This document shows positions 10,082-20,941 of a DNA stretch of 64,000 bases, one piece after another. The notes under the pieces were generated by a model that was given only the letters and a program-made list of their open reading frames with translations, ran no database searches and had not been told where the DNA came from. Position 1 is the first letter of the stretch. Each line of letters starts with the position of its first letter. Source of the stretch: Candidatus Latescibacterota bacterium (GTDB lineage Bacteria; Latescibacterota; UBA2968; GCA-2709665); contig OZ241917.1 in the NCBI GenBank assembly GCA_965203805.1, forward strand, positions 1,184,001-1,248,000. Direction: 5' to 3'. A program made the position numbers and the translations under genes.

Positions 10082-10316
10082 CTGTTGCAAAATATACACA
10101 TCTGTGTTATTCTTTCACAGGCCCAGGCGATGCGCCGGATCTGGTTCCGGGCGCAAACACCTGTTTTTGCGTCCAATTCGTGATCAACGAGATACGGTCA
10201 TCCTGGTACGGTTTTTGCGCACTCCGATTAACCTCCTTGCACGTGGTCGGCGGAAACCCGTGGAGGTTAGCGCCCTGCCTCAAAGCGTTCTCACCATTCG
10301 GCCGAATCCCGGCACA

Positions 10317-11636
10317 GTGTTCAGGCCACCGAACACCGGCGCGCTGTGGCGCACAATTGTCCTGCTTTCCCTGCTCTTTGCCTGGACGGACGCCTCGCGG
10401 TTGTGCGCTCAGGATGCCACCGGATACGTGGTGGAACGCATCGAGGTTCGCGGCAATCGCAAGACAAAAGCCGATATCATCCTTCGTTCCCTGCCAATCC
10501 ACGCGGGTGATCGGCTCACGCCCGGCCGACTGGATGCCAGCCGCGAATCACTCTACCGCACGCGCCTTTTCCGAACGGTGCACGTCGCGCCAAAACCCGG
10601 CACCGAACAGGGCAAGGCCGTGCTGGTGGTCTACGTCGACGAAAAACGGTTCGGCGACGCCGGTGTCAGCTTCGAATACACCGAACTGGACGGGTTCGGG
10701 CTTGCCGCCGACGCCTATCATGTCAACCTCGGCGGCGAGGGCAAGACCGTGGGCGTCGAGTATTCGCAGGGTGAGCGACTGCAGCGCTTCGGCTTCAGCT
10801 ATGCCGACCCCTGGCTGACCAGCGGATATATCTCCCTTCATGTGAAAGCCCACTTTTCGCGGGCCGACCGGGACATGTACCGCAGTTCCGATCCGCTGAA
10901 GCGCGGCCTGTACGACGTGGACAGACTCGGCGGCGCCATTGGCGTTGGAAGGCCCGTCGGCGAGGAATACCGTCTGGTCGCCCGTTACGCCTTCGACGAG
11001 ATCCGCGTCAACGACTTTGAAGCGCCGGAAGTCTTCATTTCAGGGCCGGAGTTCACCCGGGAGATCAGCGCGGCCCTGGGCCGCACGCCGATATCCACCT
11101 TCGGCATCGAGCTCTACCGGCAGCCCGCCTCGAGATTCTGGGGCAGCACCCCGGGATTCGATTTTAACTTCCGAATGGACTTCGCGCCCGGCGCCCTGGG
11201 AAACAACCCGAGCTACCTCCGAACCCGAATGGAGGCCTACCGCCATTTCGCAACCCTGCCCGGCCAGAGCCTGAGCATCGGGGGACGCGCGGGTCACATT
11301 TTCGGTACACCCCCGTTTTTTGACCGGTTCTACTTTGACGGTCAGAATCAGCTCCGGGGGTTCGAACGGCGCGCGATCGGCCCCGAGGGCGGTACGGAGT
11401 TTGTCTCGATAGAAGGCGTGTATGCAATTGCAACCCGGCCCATCGGCAGGATCTACTGCTTTACCGAGTGGGCCGCGATTCGCAGACCGGTCGGGAACGG
11501 CCACGTCAGGGACTCGAACGGCACCTATGGTATCGGCGCATTGCTGTTTAACCGGATCGACATCAGCTACGGCTTGAAAAGGGGCACGCTCATCGTGAAA
11601 TTCCACCGGTTCGGCGGGATCAACATGGGTCTGTAA
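10317..11636 (+). CDS. Omp85/BamA-TamA-like outer membrane protein with one POTRA domain (start approximate)
   Basis: Signal-peptide-like hydrophobic stretch, IEVRGNRKTK POTRA motif, FSYADPW, NQLRGF barrel loop-6 motif. Confidence 0.8.
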   Translation: MFRPPNTGALWRTIVLLSLLFAWTDASRLCAQDATGYVVERIEVRGNRKTKADIILRSLPIHAGDRLTPGRLDASRESLYRTRLFRTVHVAPKPGTEQGKAVLVVYVDEKRFGDAGVSFEYTELDGFGLAADAYHVNLGGEGKTVGVEYSQGERLQRFGFSYADPWLTSGYISLHVKAHFSRADRDMYRSSDPLKRGLYDVDRLGGAIGVGRPVGEEYRLVARYAFDEIRVNDFEAPEVFISGPEFTREISAALGRTPISTFGIELYRQPASRFWGSTPGFDFNFRMDFAPGALGNNPSYLRTRMEAYRHFATLPGQSLSIGGRAGHIFGTPPFFDRFYFDGQNQLRGFERRAIGPEGGTEFVSIEGVYAIATRPIGRIYCFTEWAAIRRPVGNGHVRDSNGTYGIGALLFNRIDISYGLKRGTLIVKFHRFGGINMGL

Positions 11637-11697
11637 GCCGGAGCGACCGGCACCCGGTTACCCGCCCATACGGAACGAAACAAACCAAGCTCCCGAA

Positions 11698-12324
11698 ATG
11701 CATACCTATCGAGGCAAAGCAGAGGCGTCCACGCGAATTGTCGGCATTTGCGCTTGCCTCTTTTTTTTTGCGGCATTCCCCGTACGTTCCGGCGCCCGGG
11801 ACGTCACCGTAGCGGCGCGGACGGTCTACGTGCAGGCGGACACGCTGAAACTGAATATCGAGTTGGACTCTCTTTTTTCGCGTCGCGCGCTGGATGCCAT
11901 CGCGTCCGGCCTGATCACGTCGGTGGTCATGGAATTCAGGCTGGATTCGGATCTGCACTCGAAAGCACTGGAATACGCGGTAGGGATGCGTCTGGACCAC
12001 GACATCTGGGAGGGAAGGTACCGGGTGGTGCGCGACACCGGCCGTCTGGACACCCTGCGGACGACCCATTTCGATACCGTCAAGACGTTCTGCTCGGTCC
12101 TCCGGGGCATCTCGATCGGGCCGCTTCCCAACGGACGTGATTTCAGGCTGCGCCTTCGCGTTGGCGTCACCCCCATTTCGGTGGAACAGGAGCAGCGCTC
12201 ACGCCGCTGGCTCAATGTCCTGCAGAGAGGAAGCCTGTTGGAGCTTTTCATTTCACTGGACCGGCCCACGAAACGCACCCCGTGGATCGATGTAAGCCAA
12301 TTCTCGCCGGAGGATCTGCAATGA
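11698..12324 (+). CDS. DUF4390-like periplasmic protein
   Basis: Signal peptide; ALDAIASGL...LDHDIWEGRY pattern; sits immediately before an ntrY-like kinase, the usual DUF4390 context. Confidence 0.65.
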   Translation: MHTYRGKAEASTRIVGICACLFFFAAFPVRSGARDVTVAARTVYVQADTLKLNIELDSLFSRRALDAIASGLITSVVMEFRLDSDLHSKALEYAVGMRLDHDIWEGRYRVVRDTGRLDTLRTTHFDTVKTFCSVLRGISIGPLPNGRDFRLRLRVGVTPISVEQEQRSRRWLNVLQRGSLLELFISLDRPTKRTPWIDVSQFSPEDLQ

Positions 12325-13817
12325 GATCCCTACCCCTGCGCTGGCGCATCGTCATCGCCCTCATCGCCCTCACGCTGGGCACCACGCTGGCACTGTCCCT
12401 GCTTGCCCAACATTTCCTGGAATCAGGCCTGCGGTTGCAGGACAACATCAGCGCAGGCACCAGCCGGGCATTGAACGACGCGGTCGAACTGGCAAGGAGC
12501 CACTACGAGAGCCGCAAGGCGACCCTCGGCGATGCGGGGACCCGCCTCTTCCGGTCTCCGATGCCGTCGGAAGCCGTCCGCACGCGAGACCTGCGGCCGA
12601 TCCGTGCCTTCCTGGACAGTCACGATCTGGTTGACACCCGTCTTCGGTTCGCGGATGCCGCGGAAGTCGCGTCGCTCAACCTGCGGGGGAACGCATTCGG
12701 ACCGGCCGTGCGCAGGGCCGGTGAGCGCGACGCGTCGCTGGAACTGTACGTGCCCGCCGGGCGGGTTGGACCGGCCGAAGCGGCCCTCGTCATCACCAGC
12801 CCGATGGTCGAACTCAACAACGTTGAGCAGGCGGTCCAGGCCCATCAGTACCTGCGCATGATCGGAAGCGACCTCCGGGGCGAGTTCTTCTTCTATTTCG
12901 CGCTGGCAACCGTCGGACTTCTCGTGCTGGCCTGCCTCCTGGGCGTTCGAATCGGCTTCGGCGCGACCCGTCCGCTGCACGAACTCGTCAAGGGCACCCG
13001 CGAACTGGCGCAGGACAACCTGGACTACCGTATTCCTCCGGGCCGGGACGATGAGATCGGACTGCTGATCGGTTCCTTCAACCGGATGGCGGAGGACCTG
13101 ACGCAGAACCGGCGGCAGCGCCTCGAGGCGGAAAAGATCGCGGCCTGGCGCGAAATCGCCCGGCGCCTTGCCCACGAAATCAAGAATCCGTTGACACCGA
13201 TACAGCTCACGGTCCAGCAGATCCGCGACAAATACCCGGGCGAAGACCCCGCCTACCGGAAGCTTGTCCAGGACTGCACCGAAATCGTCACGGAAGAGGT
13301 GGAAAGCCTCAGAAAACTGGTTCAGGAATTCGCCGACTTCGCTCGCATGCCGTCCCTTTCGCTCGGGAGGCACAGCCTGAACGGCGTGGTTACCGATATC
13401 GTGCGGCTCTATCCTGAAGCCGGAATCGTCCTCGAACTCACGCCGGAGATTCCGGATCTGGATCTGGACAGCGAACAGATGCGCCGCGTGCTGATCAACC
13501 TGATCGAAAACGGCCTGGAAGCCGCCGGACAGCGGGGCCGGATCGTCATTCAGACCGAATGTCATCCGAACGCGGTCAAGCTCCTGGTGTTGGATTCGGG
13601 TCCAGGCGTACCCGAACTGGACCGGGAGCGAATCTTCCAGCCGCATGTGTCTTCCAAACAGAGCGGCATGGGCATGGGACTGGCCGAAGTCCGCAGCATC
13701 GTCGAGAGCCACGGCGGCCAGATCGTCGCGGCGGGCGCGCCGGGAGGAGGTGCGCAGTTTGAGGTTACCCTGCCCGTTCCGAAGGAACGGTCCAGACAGC
13801 CGGAGGAGAGGATATGA
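12321..13817 (+). CDS. NtrY-like HAMP sensor histidine kinase
   Basis: Two TM segments, HAMP (DEIGLLIGSFNRM), AWREIARRLAHEIKNPLTPIQL H-box, N/G1/F/G2 boxes; ATGA overlap with the upstream gene. Confidence 0.92.
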   Translation: MRSLPLRWRIVIALIALTLGTTLALSLLAQHFLESGLRLQDNISAGTSRALNDAVELARSHYESRKATLGDAGTRLFRSPMPSEAVRTRDLRPIRAFLDSHDLVDTRLRFADAAEVASLNLRGNAFGPAVRRAGERDASLELYVPAGRVGPAEAALVITSPMVELNNVEQAVQAHQYLRMIGSDLRGEFFFYFALATVGLLVLACLLGVRIGFGATRPLHELVKGTRELAQDNLDYRIPPGRDDEIGLLIGSFNRMAEDLTQNRRQRLEAEKIAAWREIARRLAHEIKNPLTPIQLTVQQIRDKYPGEDPAYRKLVQDCTEIVTEEVESLRKLVQEFADFARMPSLSLGRHSLNGVVTDIVRLYPEAGIVLELTPEIPDLDLDSEQMRRVLINLIENGLEAAGQRGRIVIQTECHPNAVKLLVLDSGPGVPELDRERIFQPHVSSKQSGMGMGLAEVRSIVESHGGQIVAAGAPGGGAQFEVTLPVPKERSRQPEERI

Positions 13818-15196
13818 CAGAACCAACCATTCTGGTGGTGGACGACGAACGCAATATTCGTCGAACCCTGGAGATGATCCTGTCTGCGGAAGGATACCGG
13901 GTGGTCTGCGCTGCTTCGGGCCAGGAAGCCCTGGCCGCGATGAAATCCGAATCGCCGCAGGTGGTCCTGCTGGATATCGTCCTGCCGGGATCGAACGGGA
14001 TTGAAATCCTGAAAACCGCCCGGCATAGCTACCCCGACCTGGCCGTCATCATGATTTCCGGCCACGGAACCGTCCACGACGCCGTCGTGGCGACGAAGCT
14101 GGGCGCCTACGATTTCCTGGAAAAGCCGCTGTCACGTGAGAAGGTGCTGCTGACCATCTCCCACGCACTCGAGAGTATCGAGCTGAGCGAAGAGAATCGC
14201 AATCTGCGCCGAAAATTCGAAACGCGATTCGAGATGGTGGGCGAAAGCCAGGCCATCGCGTCCGTTCGCGAACAGATCGCGAAGGTCGCCCCAACGAACG
14301 GCCGCGTCCTGATCCTGGGCGAGAGCGGCACCGGCAAAGAACTGGTCGCCCGGGACATCCACCGGAACAGCCGGCGATCCACGGGACCGTTCGTGAAAGT
14401 CAATTGTGCCGCGATACCGGAAGAACTCATCGAAAGCGAGCTGTTCGGCAGCGACCGCGGCGCGTTTACAGGCTCGGTGAAGACCCGCGACGGCAAGTTC
14501 CTGCTTGCGGACGGCGGAACGCTCTTCCTGGACGAAATCGGCGATATGAGCTTGAGCGTCCAGGCCAAGGTCCTGCGGGCGCTCGAGCAGGGTGAATTCG
14601 AGCGCGTTGGCGGGTCCAGGACTCTGAAAGTGGATGTGCGCGTGATTGCCGCAACCAACAAGAACCTTCAACAGCAGGTCGAGAACGGGGCATTCCGGGA
14701 AGACCTCTACTTCAGGCTCAACGTCGTGCCCATCACGGCCCCGCCATTGAGGGACCGCAAGGAGGACATACCCCTGCTCTCGGCGCATTTTCTCAAGGGA
14801 TATGCCGACGAAAACGACTTCCGCCCCAAGAAACTCAGCCCCGGAGCAATGGAGGCCCTGAAGAACCACGGATGGCCGGGCAACATCAGGGAACTGAAGA
14901 ACCTGATAGAACGCCTTTCCATTATGGTCGCCGAAGATACGGTCGACGACCATCATCTGCCAGGCCTGGACGGTCCGCAACTCGGCCGCGGCGCCGAGAC
15001 TCCGGCGGCCGCCGGCTCACTACCCGGCATCGAGTCCGGGAAGAGCCTGCATGAAGTCCGTGAAGCCGTGGAAAAGGCCTACATTTCCAATGCATTGAAA
15101 GGAAACGGCTGGAACGTTACGAGGGCCGCCAGGTTGCTGGGCGTCGATCGCACCAACCTCCACAAGAAAATCAAGTACTACAATATCGAGCGCTGA
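13814..15196 (+). CDS. NtrX/NtrC-like sigma54 response regulator
   Basis: Receiver domain (VVDDE, LLDIVLP, FLEKP), GESGTGKE, GAFTGS, WPGNIREL, HTH. Confidence 0.93.
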   Translation: MTEPTILVVDDERNIRRTLEMILSAEGYRVVCAASGQEALAAMKSESPQVVLLDIVLPGSNGIEILKTARHSYPDLAVIMISGHGTVHDAVVATKLGAYDFLEKPLSREKVLLTISHALESIELSEENRNLRRKFETRFEMVGESQAIASVREQIAKVAPTNGRVLILGESGTGKELVARDIHRNSRRSTGPFVKVNCAAIPEELIESELFGSDRGAFTGSVKTRDGKFLLADGGTLFLDEIGDMSLSVQAKVLRALEQGEFERVGGSRTLKVDVRVIAATNKNLQQQVENGAFREDLYFRLNVVPITAPPLRDRKEDIPLLSAHFLKGYADENDFRPKKLSPGAMEALKNHGWPGNIRELKNLIERLSIMVAEDTVDDHHLPGLDGPQLGRGAETPAAAGSLPGIESGKSLHEVREAVEKAYISNALKGNGWNVTRAARLLGVDRTNLHKKIKYYNIER

Positions 15197-15268
15197 CAGG
15201 GCGGGAGACGGCCGCGTTTCCGCACGCGCGGACGCCGCGGTCCGGCGGCCCCCGCCCGGAGGCAACCA

Positions 15269-16405
15269 TTGAAAACGGCGTTCCTCATCCTCCTCCCGAT
15301 ACTTGCCTGGGTCCAGGATGCTCACGCGCAGCCGGACGACGTTTCGCTGATCGAGAAGCTCTACCGGGGCGCACGGCTCCGATACAATCGTGTCGAAGGC
15401 GCCTACCTGGGGTATCGCCTGTCCATCCGCCATAGAGATCGGCCGCGTCTAACGGTTTTTGCAGAAAGTGGATACGGCACTTCCAGCGGCTCGGTCCGGT
15501 GGGAAGCGGGTGTGGACTACCAGGGCCCGGAAACCAGCCTGAACGTCGCTGTTTTCGACAGATCCGACACGCCAGACCGGGGCATTGTCGGCACCACCGA
15601 AAACAGCCTGCTCAGTCTCCTCTTCAAATGGGACCATCGCGACTATTTCCGGGCGAAGAACGGATTTGAAGCGAACGTCACCCTCAGGCCGAAACGAAGG
15701 CTCTCCTTCGTCGGGGGCCTGACCGCGTACCGCTGCGAGCCCCTGCCGGTCAGGACCGCATGGAGCCTGTTCTTTCACGATCGCCCGTTTCGATTCAACC
15801 CGCCTGCCCGGCGCGGCGACGTCGGCATGTTGTACGCCGGCGTTGTGGTCGACACGCGCGTCAGGAGCCCGCTCTTCCGTAATGCCTGGCACGGACGAAT
15901 ACACGTTGAGCGCGGCTTTCGGGACTACGCTTTCCACGGGCTCACCCTGGAGGGCAAGCGCTACCAGAAGGTAAAGTTCGGCCGTCAGGGCCTGATTGTG
16001 CGGGCCCGGCTCAGCACCCGCGAGAGCACGGCGCCGCAGTTTCTTTTCCGTCTGGGCGGCGTCGGCACCCTGCGCGGGTACGACATCAAGGAATTCTCCG
16101 CCAACCGGCTGGTCCTGTTCAACCTCGAATACGCCTTTCGCGGCGACGTCCTTCCGAAAATTCCCGTCAGGGGATTCCGTCTTCTCAACCTCACCGTTTT
16201 CGCAGACGCCGGATGGTCCGCGGTCGTGCCGGAATCCGCCCGCCTGATCGAAGGATTCGGAGACCTGGACTTCGCCTCCTTCAGAACGAGCACCGGCTTC
16301 GGCATTGCGCTTCCGCGCCAGCTCCTCAGGCTGAACGTGGCCCGCCGGCTGGACAGGTCCGATGCCGCCTGGGCCCTGTCCCTCAGGCTCCGGTTCAGTC
16401 TCTGA
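15269..16405 (+). CDS. Outer-membrane beta-barrel, Omp85-like C-terminus
   Basis: Signal peptide, RYNRVEG motif, LGGVGTLRGY, FADAG, C-terminal beta-signal-like LRLRFSL. Confidence 0.75.
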   Translation: MKTAFLILLPILAWVQDAHAQPDDVSLIEKLYRGARLRYNRVEGAYLGYRLSIRHRDRPRLTVFAESGYGTSSGSVRWEAGVDYQGPETSLNVAVFDRSDTPDRGIVGTTENSLLSLLFKWDHRDYFRAKNGFEANVTLRPKRRLSFVGGLTAYRCEPLPVRTAWSLFFHDRPFRFNPPARRGDVGMLYAGVVVDTRVRSPLFRNAWHGRIHVERGFRDYAFHGLTLEGKRYQKVKFGRQGLIVRARLSTRESTAPQFLFRLGGVGTLRGYDIKEFSANRLVLFNLEYAFRGDVLPKIPVRGFRLLNLTVFADAGWSAVVPESARLIEGFGDLDFASFRTSTGFGIALPRQLLRLNVARRLDRSDAAWALSLRLRFSL

Positions 16406-16437
16406 CTCTGCCCCCCGTCCGTCCTCAAGAAAAACAG

Positions 16438-16470
16438 AAAGGCCCCGGAATCTCTCTCTCCAGGGCCTTT
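16438..16470. terminator. Probable bidirectional intrinsic terminator
   Basis: AAAGGCCC...GGGCCTTT hairpin between convergent genes. Confidence 0.6.
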
Positions 16471-16569
16471 ATATTTGCATGCCAGCGACCGCATTTCAGC
16501 GGTCTGGCGACGTCCACACGCTGCCGGCGCATGTGAAATCCCAGGGCTCGCGCCGGTTGATCGTCCGGA

Positions 16570-17844
16570 TTATGTACCCTCCTGCCAGGAACTGAGATAC
16601 CGCTCCTGGTCTGAGGTCAGCGAATCGATCTCTACGTCCATCGCCTCCAGCTGCAGCCGCGCGACCTCCCTGTCGATCTCGTCGGGCAGCCGGTACACCC
16701 TTGGCTCCAGCCTATCGGCGTTCCTGATGCCGTATTCCACCCCGAGCGCCTGATCGCAGAAAGACAGCGACATCACGGTGGACGGGTGCCCCTCCGCGCA
16801 CGCCAGGTTCACGAGACGACCCTCGCCACAGAGGAACAGCGACCGCCCGTTCAGGTGATATTCGTGAAACAGAGGGCGCACTTCCTCCTTCTTTTCCGCC
16901 ATCGTTTCCAGCCCGTCGACGTCAATCTCCAGGTCGAAATGGCCGGCGTTGGCCACCACCGCGCCGTCCTTCATGGCCTTCATATGTTCCCTGCTCAAGA
17001 CGTGCTTGTTTCCGGTTACCGTGACGAACAGGTCGCCAATCCCGGCAGCGTGCGCCATCGGCATCACCCGGAACCCGTCCATCCGAGCCTGCAGCGCCCG
17101 GAAGGGGTCCACTTCCGTGACAATGACCTCGGCTCCCAGCCCCCTCGCCCTCGAAGCCACGCCCTTTCCGCAACTTCCATAGCCGACGACGACGACCGCC
17201 TTGCCGCTGATCAGCAGATTGGACGCTCGCACGACACCGTCCAGCGCGGACTGCCCCGTGCCGTAGAAATTGTCCATCAGGTGTTTGGTGTCGCAATCGT
17301 TGACGGCAATGATGGGATACTTCAATGCGTTGTCCTTCTCCATCGCTCGCAGCCGGATGATGCCCGTTGTGGTCTCTTCGCAGCCGCATACGATTTCCGG
17401 AATCAGATCCGGGTATTTCGTGTGCACCTCGTTGACCAGGTCGCAGCCGTCGTCGATGGTCACGTGGGGCCGGGTCTCGATAACCGCGCGGAGGTACCGG
17501 TAGTAGTCCTCCCGCGATTCGCCCTTGTAGGCATAGACCGCAACGTCTTCGGCAGCGAGGGCCGCCGCCACGTCGTCCTGTGTGGAAAGCGGATTGCAGC
17601 CGGTGATCGACACGGTGGCGCCGCCGGCCCGCAACGTCCGCACGAGCACGGCCGTCTCTTTGGTGACATGGAGCGCCATGCCGATCCGGTATCCGCTGAG
17701 CGGTTTTTCGCGTTCGAAGCGTTCCCGTATCTTCAACAGCGCGCCCATCTGCTTCTCGGCCCATTCGATGTTTCTGAACCCCTGTTCCGCCAGACCGATG
17801 TCCTTGACCTCGTATCCCACGCCTTTCTCCTCTCGATCCTCCAA
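16570..17844 (-). CDS. ahcY: Adenosylhomocysteinase
   Basis: LHVTKET, CNPLSTQD, DDGCDL, EETTTG, KHLMDNFYGTGQS, GYGSCGKG, EGRLVNL..AEGHP. Confidence 0.97.
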   Translation of the reverse strand: MEDREEKGVGYEVKDIGLAEQGFRNIEWAEKQMGALLKIRERFEREKPLSGYRIGMALHVTKETAVLVRTLRAGGATVSITGCNPLSTQDDVAAALAAEDVAVYAYKGESREDYYRYLRAVIETRPHVTIDDGCDLVNEVHTKYPDLIPEIVCGCEETTTGIIRLRAMEKDNALKYPIIAVNDCDTKHLMDNFYGTGQSALDGVVRASNLLISGKAVVVVGYGSCGKGVASRARGLGAEVIVTEVDPFRALQARMDGFRVMPMAHAAGIGDLFVTVTGNKHVLSREHMKAMKDGAVVANAGHFDLEIDVDGLETMAEKKEEVRPLFHEYHLNGRSLFLCGEGRLVNLACAEGHPSTVMSLSFCDQALGVEYGIRNADRLEPRVYRLPDEIDREVARLQLEAMDVEIDSLTSDQERYLSSWQEGT

Positions 17845-17847
17845 TGG

Positions 17848-19014
17848 CTACGCCAGCTTCCGCGCGGCCGCCTCAAGGGCTTCCGCCTTGTCCGTACGTT
17901 CCCAGGTAAACCCTTCGTCTTCCCGGCCGAAATGTCCGTAGGCGGCAGTGCGTTTATACACCGGACGCAGCAAATTGAGAGACCGGATGATTCCGGCCGG
18001 CCGCAATTCGAAATGCGAACGGATCAGCGTCGAAATATCGGCTTCGCCGATCGTACCCGTACCGAACGTATCCACCACAATGGACACCGGCTCCGCCACT
18101 CCGATGGCGTAGGCCAGCTGCACCTCGCACCGGCTGGCAAGGCCGGCCTTCACCACGTTCTTTGCGACGTAACGCGCGGCATAGTGCGCGCTCCGGTCGA
18201 CCTTGCTGGGATCCTTTCCGGAGAATGCCCCGCCGCCGTGCCGTCCCACGCCGCCGTACGTATCCACGATGATCTTCCGGCCGGTCAACCCCGTGTCTCC
18301 GTGGGGTCCGCCAACCACAAATCGCCCGGTGGGGTTGATGTGATAGACCGTGTCGCCGTCCAGGTAACGCGCGGGGATGACCTCTTTGACGACATGTTCG
18401 ATCATATCGCGGCGGATTTGGCTGTGGCACACGTTCGGGTCGTGCTGGGTGGAGATCACCACCGTGTGCACGCGTACGGGCGTGTCGTCCTCGTATTCCA
18501 CGGTGACCTGCGACTTGCTGTCGGGTCGCAGATAGGGAAGCGTTCCGCTGTGGCGGAGCTCAGCCAGGGCCATCACCAGCTTATGGGACAGCATAATGGG
18601 CATCGGCATCAACTCGGGCGTCTCCCGGCAGGCGTACCCGAACATCATGCCCTGGTCGCCCGCGCCCTGCTCCTCATGCAGGCCCTCGCCCTCCGTCACG
18701 CCCTGCGAGATGTCGGGCGACTGCGTATGCAGCGCGAGCAGCACGCCGCAGGAGTGGTGGTCGAATCCGTACGCCGAGTCCGTATATCCGATGCATCGAA
18801 TGACGTCTCGCACAAGTTCCTGGATATCCACCCGGGCTTCTGTGGTCACCTCGCCCGATACGATCACCTGCCCCGTGGTCACCATGGTCTCGCACGCGAC
18901 GCGCGACCGGGGGTCCTCTTCCAGCATTGCGTCCAGGACCGCATCTGAAATCTGATCGCAGATTTTGTCCGGGTGACCCTCGGAGACCGACTCTGAGGTA
19001 AATAAGCGCCGCAT
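17848..19014 (-). CDS. metK: S-adenosylmethionine synthetase
   Basis: [44 protein letters not shown]. Confidence 0.98.
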   Translation of the reverse strand: MRRLFTSESVSEGHPDKICDQISDAVLDAMLEEDPRSRVACETMVTTGQVIVSGEVTTEARVDIQELVRDVIRCIGYTDSAYGFDHHSCGVLLALHTQSPDISQGVTEGEGLHEEQGAGDQGMMFGYACRETPELMPMPIMLSHKLVMALAELRHSGTLPYLRPDSKSQVTVEYEDDTPVRVHTVVISTQHDPNVCHSQIRRDMIEHVVKEVIPARYLDGDTVYHINPTGRFVVGGPHGDTGLTGRKIIVDTYGGVGRHGGGAFSGKDPSKVDRSAHYAARYVAKNVVKAGLASRCEVQLAYAIGVAEPVSIVVDTFGTGTIGEADISTLIRSHFELRPAGIIRSLNLLRPVYKRTAAYGHFGREDEGFTWERTDKAEALEAAARKLA

Positions 19015-19077
19015 GAATGCCTCTTTTCCTGTCACAGGAATCCCGACAATGCCCGCGACCGCGGTTGTGCGCCCGCT

Positions 19078-20856
19078 TTATCGATCGAGTCCGGCTGGCA
19101 CTTTTTCCAGCTTTTCCTGTGTCTTCCGGGGTTGCACTTTCGCCAGCGCAGCGTACAGGTATTCCCGAATGGCGCCCCGGGTGGGCAGGGCAAGCACCTC
19201 GTCGGCCATCCCCCTCGCCTCTTCCATGGTGATCGACCGAATCGCCTGTTTGATCTCGGGAACCATACGCGGGCCGACGCTGAATCCATCCACCCCGAGC
19301 CCCATCAACAGAACGCAACTGTGCGGGTCGCCCGCCATCTCCCCGCAGACCGTTACCGGGATGCCGTTCCGGTGCCCTGCGTCCACAACGGACTTGATCA
19401 GGCGCAATACAGCGGGATGAAACGGATCGTAAAGGTAGGCCACCCGCTCGTTGCCCCGGTCCACCGCGAGGGTATACTGGACAAGATCGTTGGTGCCTAT
19501 GCTGAAAAAACTCACCTCGCGCGCCAGTTGATCGGCCACTACGGCCGCGGAGGGCACCTCGATCACCGCGCCCAACTCGCACCCCTCGTCGTAGGGCACG
19601 CCTGTACGCTTCAGTTCGTCGCGGGCGTCACCGAGCACCGACTTGGCATCCATCAGTTCTTCCACGCCCGATATCATCGGGAACATCAGTTTCACGTTTC
19701 CGTGTGCGCTGGACCGGAGGATGGACCGCAACTGAGTCCGGAACAGGTCCCTGTTGGCCAGGGAGTGCCGGATGGCGCGCCAGCCCAGAAACGGGTTGGT
19801 CTCTCTGTCGGCATGCGAAGCCTGCTCCAGCTTGTCGCCGCCCAGGTCCAGCGTGCGCACCACCAGCGGATGGGGCGCCATTTGTTCGGCAAGTCGTGTG
19901 TACGCCGCCGTTTGCTCGTCTTCGCCGGGCAGACTCGATCCGGCGAGGTAAAGGTATTCGGTACGGAACAGGCCGACCCCCTCAGCGCCATACGCCAATG
20001 CGGACCGTCCCTCTTCCGGCAGTTCGATGTTGCCCTGGAGGCACACGCGAACGCCGTCCAGGGTTTCGGCGGGCACGTCGGTGAACCTCAGCAGCCCCTT
20101 CTGCAACTCCGTGAACCGGCTGGCTTCGGCGCGGTACCGGCCGAGCGTTTCCGAGTCGGGCCGGATAAAGACCAGCCCGCGATTCCCGTCCACAATCGCT
20201 GTGTCGCCCGGCTCGGCCGATGCCAGAGCCGCCTCGACACCCACCACCGCCGGAATCTCCAGCCCTCTTGCAATAATGGACGCATGCGACGTCGCCGCGC
20301 CAGCAACGGTGACCACGCCCAGCACGCTGTCGCGCTTCATGCGGGCCGCCTGGGAGGGTGTCAGCTCGTGAGCGATCACGATTGCCGGGGCGGTCATCCC
20401 ATCCAGCAACGCGTCTTCCCGCCGGCACAATCTCGCCAGTACGCGTTTCTCAACGTCCAGGATGTCAGCGCGCCTGGCCCTGAAATACTCGTCCTGGATC
20501 GCCTCGAACTGCCGGCGCACTTTCTGAAGGGTGAGCCAGAACGCATATTCCACGTTCACCCGATCCTTCCGGACAGAAGCCAGGGTGGGCTCCCGCAGGG
20601 CCGGATCCTCCAGGATCATCAGGTGTGCGTCGAATATCTGGGCGTGTTCCGGGCCCAGATTCTCCTCGACCCGGGCGCGCGTTCCCTCCAGATCCTCCGC
20701 GACGGAAACCAGCGCTTCCTGAAACCGCCTCACCTCTCCCTCGACCTCATCGCCCGAGATGCGCCGGTAATCCACCCATGGCTCTTCCGGGTCGTGAAGA
20801 TAGACGGGACCGATGGCGATGCCATTCGACGCCTGGATGCCTTCCATTACTTTCAT
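19078..20856 (-). CDS. ptsI: PTS enzyme I (phosphoenolpyruvate-protein phosphotransferase)
   Basis: TSHASIIAR phospho-His, GVGLFRTE, NPFLGWRAIR, SIGTNDL, VCGEMAG. Confidence 0.96.
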   Translation of the reverse strand: MKVMEGIQASNGIAIGPVYLHDPEEPWVDYRRISGDEVEGEVRRFQEALVSVAEDLEGTRARVEENLGPEHAQIFDAHLMILEDPALREPTLASVRKDRVNVEYAFWLTLQKVRRQFEAIQDEYFRARRADILDVEKRVLARLCRREDALLDGMTAPAIVIAHELTPSQAARMKRDSVLGVVTVAGAATSHASIIARGLEIPAVVGVEAALASAEPGDTAIVDGNRGLVFIRPDSETLGRYRAEASRFTELQKGLLRFTDVPAETLDGVRVCLQGNIELPEEGRSALAYGAEGVGLFRTEYLYLAGSSLPGEDEQTAAYTRLAEQMAPHPLVVRTLDLGGDKLEQASHADRETNPFLGWRAIRHSLANRDLFRTQLRSILRSSAHGNVKLMFPMISGVEELMDAKSVLGDARDELKRTGVPYDEGCELGAVIEVPSAAVVADQLAREVSFFSIGTNDLVQYTLAVDRGNERVAYLYDPFHPAVLRLIKSVVDAGHRNGIPVTVCGEMAGDPHSCVLLMGLGVDGFSVGPRMVPEIKQAIRSITMEEARGMADEVLALPTRGAIREYLYAALAKVQPRKTQEKLEKVPAGLDR

Positions 20857-20941
20857 CGGTATGCAGCCCTTCGAGTGGAGGAGGACCCCGTGATGCCGTG
20901 CGGCGCGCGGGACGGCGGGATCCGGTCCCCGGTGCGGTACG

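Noticed and set aside
19015-19077. SAM/SAH riboswitch before metK
   Set aside because: The gap after ptsI is only ~60 nt and shows no aptamer-like consensus.
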